The notes under the pieces: model-generated
What the model was told of the DNA's origin: nothing
The model's database searches: none
What the model saw: only the letters and a program-made list of their open reading frames with translations
Translations under genes and position numbers: made by a program
Shown here: positions 9,186 to 18,271 of the stretch, in pieces
How positions within the stretch are numbered: position 1 is the stretch's first letter
Layout: each line of letters starts with the position of its first letter
From: a virus
Taxonomy: Duplodnaviria; Heunggongvirae; Uroviricota; Caudoviricetes
Strand: one strand, 5' to 3'
Virus record (IMG/VR): IMGVR_UViG_2541047697_000005
Length of the DNA: 44,762 nt

Positions 9186-10694
9186 TTATTCTTCGGACTG
9201 GTCGTCGGTGTGCTGCGGCTCCTGTCGTTTCGTTGCGGCACTGCTGCCTCCTTTATCACTGGCCGGATCGGTATCAAATACCAGTTCCAGCTTGCGGTTT
9301 TCATCAATTTCGGCCTTGCGCCGACGTTTGACATCATCCGGATTACGACCACCAGCACGTACCCAGTCTGATTCTGTCGCCGCTCCACCACGAATCTGGA
9401 TTTTCCAGGCCTCAGCCTCCTTAACAGGGTCAATCCACGGCATCACTGGTCCGGAATACACCGCGGTATACAGTGAAGAACGGTCAAGATCGCGGGGTAA
9501 CCTGATAACACCGGATGCCACAGCCTGTTTCAGCCATGCACGATACATCGGGCGGGTGACGGCACCAATAAACCAGTCCTGCAGGATCAGGTAGCCATCA
9601 GTAGACTCAACCAGCTCCTGACGCTGGGCGCTGTAAGTGCCGTTATAGTTGCGCGCTGTACTGGAAAAACTCAGACGACTGCCAGCCGCCACTGCACGCA
9701 ACTGACCATTACGAAAAGTTTCAAGATTAGGATTGGGGCGATCCGACTTCACCATTCCAATTTCTTCGCCGGGTTTCAGATCGTCGTAAATAATGCCTGG
9801 CTGAATGGTAAGCTCGCGTTCCTTATCCTTGCTGCCATTACCATCCGGTTCATAGCTCTGCCCGTCGCCTTTGCGGATGTACATCCCCAGAGCAGCGGCG
9901 ATCCTTGCTGCAGTCAGCTCAGAATCTTCATACTCTTTCAGGGCACTGAGGCGGATCAGCACACCGGACAACAAAGACGTCCCGCGCATCTGGTGCAGAC
10001 GGCGAACAAATTTAAGATGCAGCATTCGCTCTGCATCCACTTCTTTGGTTTCCATCTGCCGTCCGGATACGGGACGGCTTTTATACACCAGATATTTTTC
10101 GGGACGCCCCCAGTCATCAACAAACACGCCCTGATTCAGCCTGTTGCTCTCATCACTGGTCATGGGAATAAAGTCTGGCTCGAGCGCCTCCAGCCAGAAA
10201 TGAACACCGGCAGAAGGCGTCAGGCTGTTTATGCGCCCGGAAACCATCTGGGCAAACACCTCACCATCGCGCAGCCAGGTACGCAGCATCAGACGTTCCA
10301 GCATCGGACGGGTAAACTGCCCGGTGACTTCCGGGCTGACAGACCATTCACTCCATCGGGTGCGAATCTCCGCTGCCAGATCACGGGCAATGGCCCCATT
10401 GCGTAATACCGGATGTGGCTCGACAATAATCCCGTTTTTCCCCACCACCCGTTCTTCCAGCTTGTCAAATACACCAATAACCAGATCGTGGTTGTTATCA
10501 AGGTAACGGGCCTGCTCACGTAACGACACGGCCCCGTACTGGCTTAACTGGTCGGCAGTTCGGTTTTCCCGCCGGGCTTTGTGTGTCCGCGTCGTTTTTA
10601 CGGCCTCATAAGCCTGGATCACCGCACGGGAACGCAGCCTTGCCGCTTTCCATCCTGGTGAAAAAACGCCAATCACATCATCAAGAATTGCCAT
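9186..10694 (-). CDS. Portal protein (lambda gpB family)
   Basis: About 500 aa between W and capsid; start at ATG 10694 overlapping W stop (ATGA); ORF-track start 10766 is probably too far upstream. Confidence 0.8.
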   Translation of the reverse strand: MAILDDVIGVFSPGWKAARLRSRAVIQAYEAVKTTRTHKARRENRTADQLSQYGAVSLREQARYLDNNHDLVIGVFDKLEERVVGKNGIIVEPHPVLRNGAIARDLAAEIRTRWSEWSVSPEVTGQFTRPMLERLMLRTWLRDGEVFAQMVSGRINSLTPSAGVHFWLEALEPDFIPMTSDESNRLNQGVFVDDWGRPEKYLVYKSRPVSGRQMETKEVDAERMLHLKFVRRLHQMRGTSLLSGVLIRLSALKEYEDSELTAARIAAALGMYIRKGDGQSYEPDGNGSKDKERELTIQPGIIYDDLKPGEEIGMVKSDRPNPNLETFRNGQLRAVAAGSRLSFSSTARNYNGTYSAQRQELVESTDGYLILQDWFIGAVTRPMYRAWLKQAVASGVIRLPRDLDRSSLYTAVYSGPVMPWIDPVKEAEAWKIQIRGGAATESDWVRAGGRNPDDVKRRRKAEIDENRKLELVFDTDPASDKGGSSAATKRQEPQHTDDQSEE

Positions 10695-10912
10695 CAGAAC
10701 CTCGCCAGCCGGTACCCGGGATGCCCCCGTCGTCGTGTAATCAGAGTCGCAAGGCGGCGCTCCCACTCCTGCCGTCCCTGCCGGATCTCAGATAAGTTTT
10801 CCATGGTCATCTGCTGACCATTAAAAGTGACGGATTTTCCGTCCAGCACCGCCATTTCAGCTTCCGTATAACGCTGAATCATGGCTTCAATATCATTCTG
10901 ATTCATAACCAT
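10694..10912 (-). CDS. Head-tail joining protein W-like
   Basis: 72 aa ending ...TRRRGHPGYRLARF, resembling lambda gpW C-terminus; between terL and portal. Confidence 0.65.
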   Translation of the reverse strand: MVMNQNDIEAMIQRYTEAEMAVLDGKSVTFNGQQMTMENLSEIRQGRQEWERRLATLITRRRGHPGYRLARF

Positions 10913-12015
10913 CCTCCGGAAGTCAGCCAGGGGTTAACATCGTCAGTTACTGTTTTCTTCCGTTTTTGTTTTTTAACAGGCGTGGGTACCGGTTCCGGTG
11001 AGGGTGACGGTTCGGTACTGTCCGGGACACACTCCAGCCAGGTTTCCCGGCTCGCCCACTCCGGTGCATCCGGCCAGCGGATCTTTTCGTATCCATGCAG
11101 AATGACCAGCGCCTCGGCATACACCATCAGGTCAAAAGCTTCGTTGGCACCGCGACCCGGCTTACTCCATTTCCCGTCACTGCTCCGCTCTTCATACGTC
11201 AGTTCGTCGTAAAACCAGCTCCCCAGCCAGTCAGGGAAATGCACATAGCCTGGACCTGGCGAGTCACGCCATAACGCGTTATTCACCCGGTCTTTCAGGG
11301 CATCCGTCTGAAGAAGCCAGAGCGGCACATCACCTGCGGCCTGCGCCCGGCGGCCCGTTCGTCCGGTGTTATCAGGGAATGTACGGCTGATCAGTTTTGC
11401 GCGCCGGATGCTGTCGCCCTTAAACAGGTAAATACGTTTACCAAGGCCATCACGACGGCAACGACGCCAGAATTTATAGGCATTATCAGTGACCCCGTCT
11501 TCACCGCCGGAGTCCACCGCCATTGCCATCAGTCGCATTTGTTGAGAAGGATCGGAGGCCAGCGGCCAGCTTTTATGAAAAACATCCGTCAGCAGGACAT
11601 CCCAGTCTTCCGGATAGCTGGCCGGATCAATTCGCTGGCTCTCCCCGTCGCAGTCACTGCGCAATGACTGCGTGATGTTGTAACGATCAATAATCCAGCG
11701 TTCGCCACGGCTGCCATAGCCCGTTACCTGAACCACAAAACGGCGATGACGTCCCGCCTGCACATCCACTGTCGCCACAAGGAAATTAACGCCATCCGGA
11801 ACACTGCGGGAAGGAACTGGCTCTGCCCGCTGCTCAAGCAGTTCACTTTTTCGTTGCTCCATGCTGGCACGAGGAAGATAAGGCAATCCCCAGTCGGTGT
11901 TGATAACCGCCCTGAGTGTTTCTTCGCTTCCTGTCGCTTCATACTCCTGTTCTGCAGTCAGTAATTTGTAAACCAGTTGCGCCCAGGTCTGATACGCAGC
12001 AGCTGGCCCTTCCAT
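10903..12015 (-). CDS. Terminase large subunit, C-terminal (nuclease) half; gene interrupted by the integrated element
   Basis: 370 aa starting MEGPAAAYQTWAQLV; lambda gpA-like C-terminal region; the ATG lies in the 7-bp repeat at the insertion junction; no ATPase domain in this ORF. Confidence 0.8.
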   Translation of the reverse strand: MEGPAAAYQTWAQLVYKLLTAEQEYEATGSEETLRAVINTDWGLPYLPRASMEQRKSELLEQRAEPVPSRSVPDGVNFLVATVDVQAGRHRRFVVQVTGYGSRGERWIIDRYNITQSLRSDCDGESQRIDPASYPEDWDVLLTDVFHKSWPLASDPSQQMRLMAMAVDSGGEDGVTDNAYKFWRRCRRDGLGKRIYLFKGDSIRRAKLISRTFPDNTGRTGRRAQAAGDVPLWLLQTDALKDRVNNALWRDSPGPGYVHFPDWLGSWFYDELTYEERSSDGKWSKPGRGANEAFDLMVYAEALVILHGYEKIRWPDAPEWASRETWLECVPDSTEPSPSPEPVPTPVKKQKRKKTVTDDVNPWLTSGGWL

Positions 12016-12019
12016 CCAG
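12013..12019. repeat. Left junction core CATCCAG (att core copy 1)
   Basis: Identical 7-mer at 22737-22743; terL homology ends here and AT-rich element DNA begins. Confidence 0.6.
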
Positions 12020-12261
12020 GAAGAAGTAAATAAAAGGTAACTAAATGATTATAAGGTACTATTTAGTTGTAACCCCATCCACATAGTCCAAGATTTAGTA
12101 CCTGCCTAAGCGATAAAAAAAAGAAAAAGGTAGCAATATTAATTAAAAGCTGAATACGCCGCCATGCATTAACACGATGACGCTGCCCGACTGCGCGGCC
12201 TTCTGTTTACCTTCTGGTAGTCTGATTCCGGTGGCACGGCGGATCACGGCGTCGTTCATTA

Positions 12262-12747
12262 TCATGCCTGTTTTACATCCTCATTCACTGCGTCATTTTT
12301 TACCATCCGGCTGATAATCTGATTACACAAATCGTCAATAATTGACTGCACTCTGTTTACTGCCATCGGTTTAAGCCCAGCATCACGTGCCAGAATACTG
12401 GGGAGTTTTTCCAGTTCCTCGCTTACGATTTCCCCCCATATAGCCATCTCTTTTCGCACATCATCGGCGGGTATGAGTTGCGCCGTTTCCTGTTCGAACT
12501 TGAGGCGCTCACGTTCGGACTGATACCAGGCCTTACGGTCGTGTGGCTCCATTTCTTCCAGTGATGCCGGAACGGGAAGATCAAGAAAACAGGTCAGAAT
12601 GTCAGTCACCCGATAGAGTTTCAGCTTGTCATGTCCTCCGGCTGGATGGATATTTTTTAGCCTTGCCGCCGCAGTCTGGCGACATATTCCCGCTATCGCC
12701 GCCAGCTGGTTAATGTTCAGCATCAGATTTTTCAGTTCCCGATCCAT
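12262..12747 (-). CDS. Small terminase subunit (Nu1-like) encoded by the element
   Basis: Start at ATG 12747 (MDRELKNLMLNINQLAAIAGI, HTH-like); KAWYQSERERLKFEQETAQLIP parallels KDWYQSENERIKLEKEQRKLIP of the helper terS at 23735-24274; a cos-like site lies about 150 bp upstream. Confidence 0.7.
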   Translation of the reverse strand: MDRELKNLMLNINQLAAIAGICRQTAAARLKNIHPAGGHDKLKLYRVTDILTCFLDLPVPASLEEMEPHDRKAWYQSERERLKFEQETAQLIPADDVRKEMAIWGEIVSEELEKLPSILARDAGLKPMAVNRVQSIIDDLCNQIISRMVKNDAVNEDVKQA

Positions 12748-12900
12748 ACCCGCTCCAGAATGTTTTAAACATGCATCTTGCAAATATCTTTTAAAAAAGG
12801 TCAAAAAACGCGCCGCATGTTGAACACAAAATAAGCAAAATTAACATACCAAAAATAAAAATACTTAAAATTCAATACAATAGAAAGATGATGATGACGA

Positions 12901-12975
12901 ATGAAAATGCAAAAACTAGCCTTTTTCCGCGCCGCTGCCGCCCCGTGGTAAGGCCACTCCACCGGGAGGACCCGT
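12901..12975 (-). repeat. cos-like site copy 1 (element, upstream of element terS)
   Basis: About 75 bp near-identical to 15438-15511 and 24416-24488; minus strand contains ACGGGGCGGCAGCGGCGCGGAAAAAG, resembling the lambda cos junction as I recall it. Confidence 0.65.
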
Positions 12976-12998
12976 AAAAAAAGGCGGCTATCGCCGCC
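12976..12998 (-). terminator. Rho-independent terminator after element capsid gene
   Basis: Minus strand GGCGGCGATAGCCGCC hairpin followed by TTTTTTT. Confidence 0.55.
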
Positions 12999-13005
12999 CT
13001 TGTTG

Positions 13006-14919
13006 TCATGCTCCACTCGATTTCAGTAGTCCACGATAATCGAGGGCCGCAACACCTGCATCTATGCGCACCTTCCAGGCGACACCATCAACAGTAAAGC
13101 CCTCCTGCTCCTCAAGATATGGCGTATCAATACCATCAAGATAAGCGACCTCTATCGTGTCCATCCCTTTCGCTGCGGCTACATACCACTCCTTGTTATT
13201 GTTCTTATCAAGACGTGGCTCAACAATAACCTCAGCCATATCTTTCACCACGTTAATGATGCCGGGGTTCTGATTGATAGTGCCATCACCATCAACCGGA
13301 AAGAGTGATGACGATGACAGAATGGCGCGATGTGCGGCAGACTCCAGCGCGGCGGGGACCAGGACAAATGCGGGGGTAATATTCAGCGAATCACCGTTAG
13401 CGTCCTCCTGGAGGCGCATCAGCTTACGGGCTTCGTTAAGCCCCTCCATGTCCATATCCTTCGCAATAAGATTTTTATGATCGGCATGGAATAGCGCCTT
13501 ACCATCCGTGAATTTGCCGTTGCCGGTTAACAGGAGATACACCAGATTACCTACTGTTCTGGCGGCTGCACGCCCCATCGCCATGGGGATTGTAGTTAAC
13601 TGGGTCAGGTCATCGTTAATAATGGCCTGGCGGGTAACGGAAAAAATATTCCCGTATGTGGCCAGCGCAATAGGTACGCCTTTATCTCTGGTGGTGATGT
13701 ATTTATATTCCGCACCTTCCGGTACTTTATCCAGCTTTGAAAAACCATTCAGACCAACACGCTTTGCTTCATGAAAGTTTGAAAGCGATCCGCTACGCGT
13801 CCACTTCTGGAACGTTTCGCCGCTGTCCTGCCAGCCTTTCAGAACTGATTTTTCAGCACCACCAGCCAGAATATGAGAAAAATCGCTGCTGCTGTGTGTG
13901 AAAGCTGCATTAACGACCTGCGAGCGATTTAAAAAACCGCCAACACTGATACCACGATCCGTTAGTGATGCCTGGGCCATTTCAAAAAGGCTCATCATCG
14001 CGTAAGGATTTCCCCGCTCTGGGCGTTCATACCCGAGACGAGAATAAAGCCCCTGACGAATTGCATCACCTGTTATGTTCCCGTTACCGGCATAAATATG
14101 AGCCGGGGTATTTTTATTTGATGGCGTGGACTCGCGCCCCATCTCGTTCAACAACTTTTCACGGGCCATCTCCGGTGTACATGATGCATCTTCCAGGCAC
14201 GCCATTTTGATCCCGTCGTAACGACTGCCGAACAGGCTAAACACTTCACTTATTCCGTTGATGCGCTTCTGTTCATTACCAGCAATATTGGCTGCTCCCT
14301 GTGGCGGGGTAATCATTCCTTTAATGGTTTCCGGCATGTGTGAAAAATCTCCTGTGCGTTTCGATTCAATTCGCGCCATTGCTCTGACGGATGGCAACAA
14401 TTCATCAGCAAAACCGTGCTTAAGGCATTCTTTCCCGTCCATCCAGGTTTCATCTTCCAGCATGGCGGTAATTTCCTGTGCTGATTTGCCCGTTTTTCTG
14501 GCATAAGCAGGGATTAACACGGTTTCCACCTTATCCAGCAAATCAGCATAATCACGCATATCACCAGCATTTCCGCCAGAGATACCCCACGGCTTATGTA
14601 TCATCATCATGGCGTTTTCCGGCATCACAACACGATCGCCAGCCATTGCGACAACCGAAGCCATTGAAGCCGCAACACCATCGATATAAACCGTAATTTC
14701 TGCCGGATGATTCCGTAACAGGTTATAGATGGCGATGCCTTCAAACACGTCACCACCTGGCGAATGGATCCGCAGGTCGATATGTGAGACATCGCCCAGG
14801 GCTTTCAGGTCTTCCGCAAACTGCTTCGCGGTGATACCGAAGCCGCCAATTTCTTCATAGATGGATATTTCTGCCGCTCCGCGAACACCCGCCGCCTTAA
14901 TGGTGTACCAGTGATTCAT
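13006..14919 (-). CDS. Second prohead protease-major capsid fusion protein (element copy)
   Basis: 637 aa colinear with the helper protein at 7214-9172; shared blocks include SPGGDVFEGIAI, MIHKP, EKLLNEMGRESTPSNKNTPAHIYAGNGN, RQAIINDDL, TIEVAYL. Confidence 0.8.
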   Translation of the reverse strand: MNHWYTIKAAGVRGAAEISIYEEIGGFGITAKQFAEDLKALGDVSHIDLRIHSPGGDVFEGIAIYNLLRNHPAEITVYIDGVAASMASVVAMAGDRVVMPENAMMMIHKPWGISGGNAGDMRDYADLLDKVETVLIPAYARKTGKSAQEITAMLEDETWMDGKECLKHGFADELLPSVRAMARIESKRTGDFSHMPETIKGMITPPQGAANIAGNEQKRINGISEVFSLFGSRYDGIKMACLEDASCTPEMAREKLLNEMGRESTPSNKNTPAHIYAGNGNITGDAIRQGLYSRLGYERPERGNPYAMMSLFEMAQASLTDRGISVGGFLNRSQVVNAAFTHSSSDFSHILAGGAEKSVLKGWQDSGETFQKWTRSGSLSNFHEAKRVGLNGFSKLDKVPEGAEYKYITTRDKGVPIALATYGNIFSVTRQAIINDDLTQLTTIPMAMGRAAARTVGNLVYLLLTGNGKFTDGKALFHADHKNLIAKDMDMEGLNEARKLMRLQEDANGDSLNITPAFVLVPAALESAAHRAILSSSSLFPVDGDGTINQNPGIINVVKDMAEVIVEPRLDKNNNKEWYVAAAKGMDTIEVAYLDGIDTPYLEEQEGFTVDGVAWKVRIDAGVAALDYRGLLKSSGA

Positions 14920-15125
14920 TGCTCACCCCCAGATGCAAAACCATTCTTATCAAGCCACGCGTTAACTGCGTGTCTGACAATCTGCGCCACACCTGGTAAT
15001 GGTTGGCCAGGATGATGATTTATGTGGTCGATCCTGTACTGCTTAAGGCGCATAACGGTCTGCGCATCCAGATGAACGGAACCACCTCTTACCTCGCCTG
15101 TGTTCAGGTCATTAATACAATTCAC
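14916..15125 (-). CDS. Hypothetical 69-aa protein translationally coupled to the element capsid gene
   Basis: GTG start with AAGAGGAAG RBS; its stop overlaps the capsid ATG; no family recognised. Confidence 0.45.
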   Translation of the reverse strand: MNCINDLNTGEVRGGSVHLDAQTVMRLKQYRIDHINHHPGQPLPGVAQIVRHAVNAWLDKNGFASGGEQ

Positions 15126-15227
15126 AGTAACTTCCTCTTACTGACTAAACTGCGTGCATTATTGATCGATAAAAGTGGTAGATAAACATATTTCTATCAT
15201 AAAAACAGATTAGTCAGATTCAGACAC

Positions 15228-15250
15228 AAAAAAGCCGGAGAAAATCCGGC
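15228..15250 (-). terminator. Rho-independent terminator
   Basis: Minus strand GCCGGATTTTCTCCGGC hairpin followed by TTTTTTGT. Confidence 0.5.
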
Positions 15251-15285
15251 ATAAATATCCCGCCATCTGAACACGTTTTGACACT

Positions 15286-15511
15286 GGCAACTCCACCTGG
15301 CAGGTGAAAAACATATTTATTTATATATTTCAATTAATTACAAACTGGTCTAATGACAGGGCGAAAAAAATATTGTACAGGTGAAAACGGAAATATTTTT
15401 TAATTATCAATAAATTATCACACATGCTGCCGCCGCCATGAAAATGCAAAAACCAGCCTTTTTCCGCGCTGCTCCCGCCCCGTGGCAAGGCCACTCCATC
15501 GGGAGGACCCG
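15286..15511 (-). repeat. cos-like site copy 2 (element), extended ~225 bp duplicate of the helper cos region
   Basis: Near-identical to 24265-24488 including the AT-rich segment and a stub of the terS 5' end (GTGGAGTTGCCAGTGTCAAAACGTG vs helper ATGGAGTTGCTTATGTCAAATGTG). Confidence 0.65.
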
Positions 15512-15512
15512 T

Positions 15513-15534
15513 AAAAAAGCCGGATTGTTCCGGC
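15513..15534 (-). terminator. Rho-independent terminator after ssb
   Basis: Minus strand GCCGGAACAATCCGGC hairpin followed by TTTTTT. Confidence 0.55.
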
Positions 15535-15550
15535 TTCTGTCACTCGTTGC

Positions 15551-15973
15551 TTAAAACGGTATGTTATCCCCGTACGGATCATCATTTCCCGCCTGTTGTT
15601 TTGCCCTGTTCAGCGCGTCAGTAGCCTGGCCCTGCTGGCCTTTTTTGCCGCCCGGTCGCGCCGTTCTCGCACTGATTACGCTGTCTGCGATGACCTGCCA
15701 GCCCTGCCGCGTTTCGCCGTTCTGGCCTGTCCACTGGCTTACCTGCATGTTACCCGCCACGCTCACCAGTTCGCCTTTATGGTGTCTGGCCAGTGCGTCG
15801 GCCTGTCTGCCAAACGCCAGGACGGATAACCACATCGTCGCCGTTCCGTCATCTGCCTGGCTGCACGGCAGGGAAACCGCCATACTCGCCATCGCCATTG
15901 TTGTGCCCTTGCTGGTGGTCTTTAACTGCGGGTCAGCCACCAGCCGCCCGTAAGCCGCTATCTGTGCTGTCAT
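15551..15973 (-). CDS. ssb: Single-stranded DNA-binding protein
   Basis: 140 aa, Gly/Gln-rich tail ending DDPYGDNIPF (SSB C-terminal acidic motif). Confidence 0.75.
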   Translation of the reverse strand: MTAQIAAYGRLVADPQLKTTSKGTTMAMASMAVSLPCSQADDGTATMWLSVLAFGRQADALARHHKGELVSVAGNMQVSQWTGQNGETRQGWQVIADSVISARTARPGGKKGQQGQATDALNRAKQQAGNDDPYGDNIPF

Positions 15974-16227
15974 GCTGTATGCTCTCCGGTTTTAACGTTG
16001 ATGGTTGTCACCTGTTCCGCTTCGGCAATCTCCCGATCTGTCAGCGTGGCAAAGTTTGCCGCCGCTGTGGTCATGAATGCGCTTATCAGTTCGGGATGTG
16101 CTTTCGCGTATCCCTCTCCCGTGTTGCGGTCGATGATTTTTATCGCCATCCTCAGCCAGTGCTCTGTAAGGTCAATGGCGCGGTTATGTGGTTTCTTCTG
16201 ATTGTTAAATTTTCCTGATGTGTGCAT
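15970..16227 (-). CDS. Hypothetical protein
   Basis: 85-aa ORF overlapping ssb start; no family recognised. Confidence 0.4.
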   Translation of the reverse strand: MHTSGKFNNQKKPHNRAIDLTEHWLRMAIKIIDRNTGEGYAKAHPELISAFMTTAAANFATLTDREIAEAEQVTTINVKTGEHTA

Positions 16228-16261
16228 TTTTATTTTTACCCCCCTCGTTTAAAAAGTTTTG

Positions 16262-16505
16262 AGTTGTACCTCCCCTTGTCTACCTTATCTACCTTGCTGG
16301 CCCCAATGCCAGTAATGGCGCGGCTTTCAGCGGGGTAGAGTGCTTTTATCCACTATCTACCCCGTATCTACCTCCCTGTCTGATTCAGGTAAAATCAGGT
16401 AGAGAGGGTAGATAGTAGGTAGATAGTGAAAAAATGCTGTCTACCTAAGTTAATGTACTGAATTAAATGTATTTTCCTTTACTCAGGTAGACAGGGTAGA
16501 CAGCC
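16262..16505. repeat. Iteron array, putative replication origin of the element
   Basis: At least 10 copies of an 8-9 bp unit RGGTAGAYA / TRTCTACC in both orientations, immediately downstream of the primase-helicase gene. Confidence 0.65.
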
Positions 16506-16516
16506 ATTGCAAAAAA

Positions 16517-18271
16517 TTATAAAAACGCGTCGCAATCGTCTGTTGTTATTGCGTTAGTCTGCGTTACCCCCTTAACTTTCCGCGTAATATATTCATGTCC
16601 GTAAACTTTCGCGGCGGGCTTCATAGCCTTGCCAAAGTCATTTACGTTCAGCGGTTTGGTCCTGCCTGCGTAAGCCATAAACGCCAGATAGACACGGTAA
16701 AGGCTGTTCCTGGTTGTGTACTTCACGGAATCACCACCGCCGCCCATCATCAGGCCACGCGCTTCCTCCAGAAAATTCAGGAACTGGCAAAACTCAATAA
16801 CTGGATCCGTTTGCTGCTTTATCGCCAGTGCTTCATCACCGTCACGCTGTTCCAGTAGTAAAGCCCGTGCCTTCTCAGGGTCGGTAAAGTTCGCCAGCAA
16901 TCGGCGGATAATAACGGGGATTTCAGCCGCAATCTTTTCCGGTAGCTCCCTGTCTTTTTCGGCCTCACTGACGATATTGTCGAAACGGAAAATCACGCGA
17001 CGACGTGCCACACCTCCGGCACGTTCGGTGAATATCATCGGGTTGTTGTTGGTCGCCAGCACCACCGCCCTGATTACCGCCGTGAAACGCTTTTCATATT
17101 TCGGGTTAATTTCCACGGGGTCGCCGCCTGTGATTTTCTTGATGCCCGTTCCTTCTCCTGTATATTTCGGCTGGTCAGCCAGGACGATAAGACGACTCCC
17201 GACAACCTGCGCACGTCCACCAGCATCATCAAGCGATGTCATTTCAGCGCTTACCGTGTTCTGTTTCCCTGCCAGAAGGCTGGCTATGTGTGTGAATGTA
17301 CTTTTACCGCTCCCGCCGTCTCCGGTGGCCTCAATAAACATCTGCCAGTCGTACCGGTTCGCCATAATCATGTACAGCGCGGCACATATACGCATCATCT
17401 TGCGCGGGTCTTTTCCGGCTGCGTGCTCAAGCCATTTATGAAAGTTTGGCGCGTTATCGCGGATGTTTTCCCCTGGTGCTGGTAGCGTGTACTCAATGCC
17501 GTTGTGCGTGGTGATCCAGTTCTCCGGCGTGTGCGGGGAAAATTCCCCCGTTTTCAGGTCAAGCGCACCATTGGCGAACGGCAGCAAATCGCCGGACGGC
17601 TCGCCCATTGGTTCGGCAATAACTTTTAACGCTTCCACGGCGTTATTGATTACGCGCTTGCTGAAAGTGGCCCTGTGCTCTGAATAGATCGCCACCATTT
17701 CGCGGCTAAGTTCCATTGTGCTGACCTGACACCATACCCCGCCGCGCCATACGTGAACGATTTCACTTTCAGGATGTACGCAAACGCCATCAAAGCGATC
17801 GGCTAGCAGCTGCGCGCGCTCACTGTCCGCCATCTGCGAAAGTTGCGCCTTTTGCTTTACCGGAAGCTCAATGACCAGACCATCAGAAAGATTCTGGCGC
17901 TCACGGGCCAGATATTCGCGCCAGTTCTGCACCTCCTGGCCGTGCATACCCTCAGGATAAAAATTTGCATCCTGTACGCCTGCCGCCGCCAGCTTCTGAC
18001 CAATCGCCTTTATCATTACTGGCGCAAGATATCCGGCCCTGAATATGCGCACGGATTTTCTGCCTTCCGGCACAATTTGCAGCTTATCCAGTTCGGATAA
18101 CTGCTGCTCCCCAAGCCACACAGGAGGCTCATTATCTCCGGCCATACGCGCGTCATGTTCCTGCCATTGTTTTGCGTGTGACCAGGCATCACTACCCGCA
18201 AAAATAATTACCTCTGTGTCTTTGTTTTTTATTCCGCGAGGCTGTTTTTTTACGTTCGGTGCCAGTTTCAT
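16517..18271 (-). CDS. Primase-helicase (P4 alpha / D5-family)
   Basis: 584 aa with Walker A GDGGSGKST; P4-type primase C-terminal region; adjacent iterons. Confidence 0.8.
   Translation of the reverse strand: MKLAPNVKKQPRGIKNKDTEVIIFAGSDAWSHAKQWQEHDARMAGDNEPPVWLGEQQLSELDKLQIVPEGRKSVRIFRAGYLAPVMIKAIGQKLAAAGVQDANFYPEGMHGQEVQNWREYLARERQNLSDGLVIELPVKQKAQLSQMADSERAQLLADRFDGVCVHPESEIVHVWRGGVWCQVSTMELSREMVAIYSEHRATFSKRVINNAVEALKVIAEPMGEPSGDLLPFANGALDLKTGEFSPHTPENWITTHNGIEYTLPAPGENIRDNAPNFHKWLEHAAGKDPRKMMRICAALYMIMANRYDWQMFIEATGDGGSGKSTFTHIASLLAGKQNTVSAEMTSLDDAGGRAQVVGSRLIVLADQPKYTGEGTGIKKITGGDPVEINPKYEKRFTAVIRAVVLATNNNPMIFTERAGGVARRRVIFRFDNIVSEAEKDRELPEKIAAEIPVIIRRLLANFTDPEKARALLLEQRDGDEALAIKQQTDPVIEFCQFLNFLEEARGLMMGGGGDSVKYTTRNSLYRVYLAFMAYAGRTKPLNVNDFGKAMKPAAKVYGHEYITRKVKGVTQTNAITTDDCDAFL

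Noticed and set aside
10903-12015. Possibility that the two terL ORFs are a natural two-gene terminase
   Set aside because: The N-half ends at a stop immediately inside AT-rich element DNA, the C-half begins exactly at the repeated core, and the two join in-frame, which fits interruption by insertion better.
12016-12261. AT-rich non-coding arm at the left end of the element
   Set aside because: Considered as a possible small RNA or tRNA target remnant; no tRNA-like structure or conserved motif seen; most simply the att arm with integrase and accessory-factor binding sites.
16262-16505. Short repeats that could be mistaken for a CRISPR array
   Set aside because: Units are only 8-9 bp, occur in both orientations with irregular spacing and no spacer structure; consistent with iterons.
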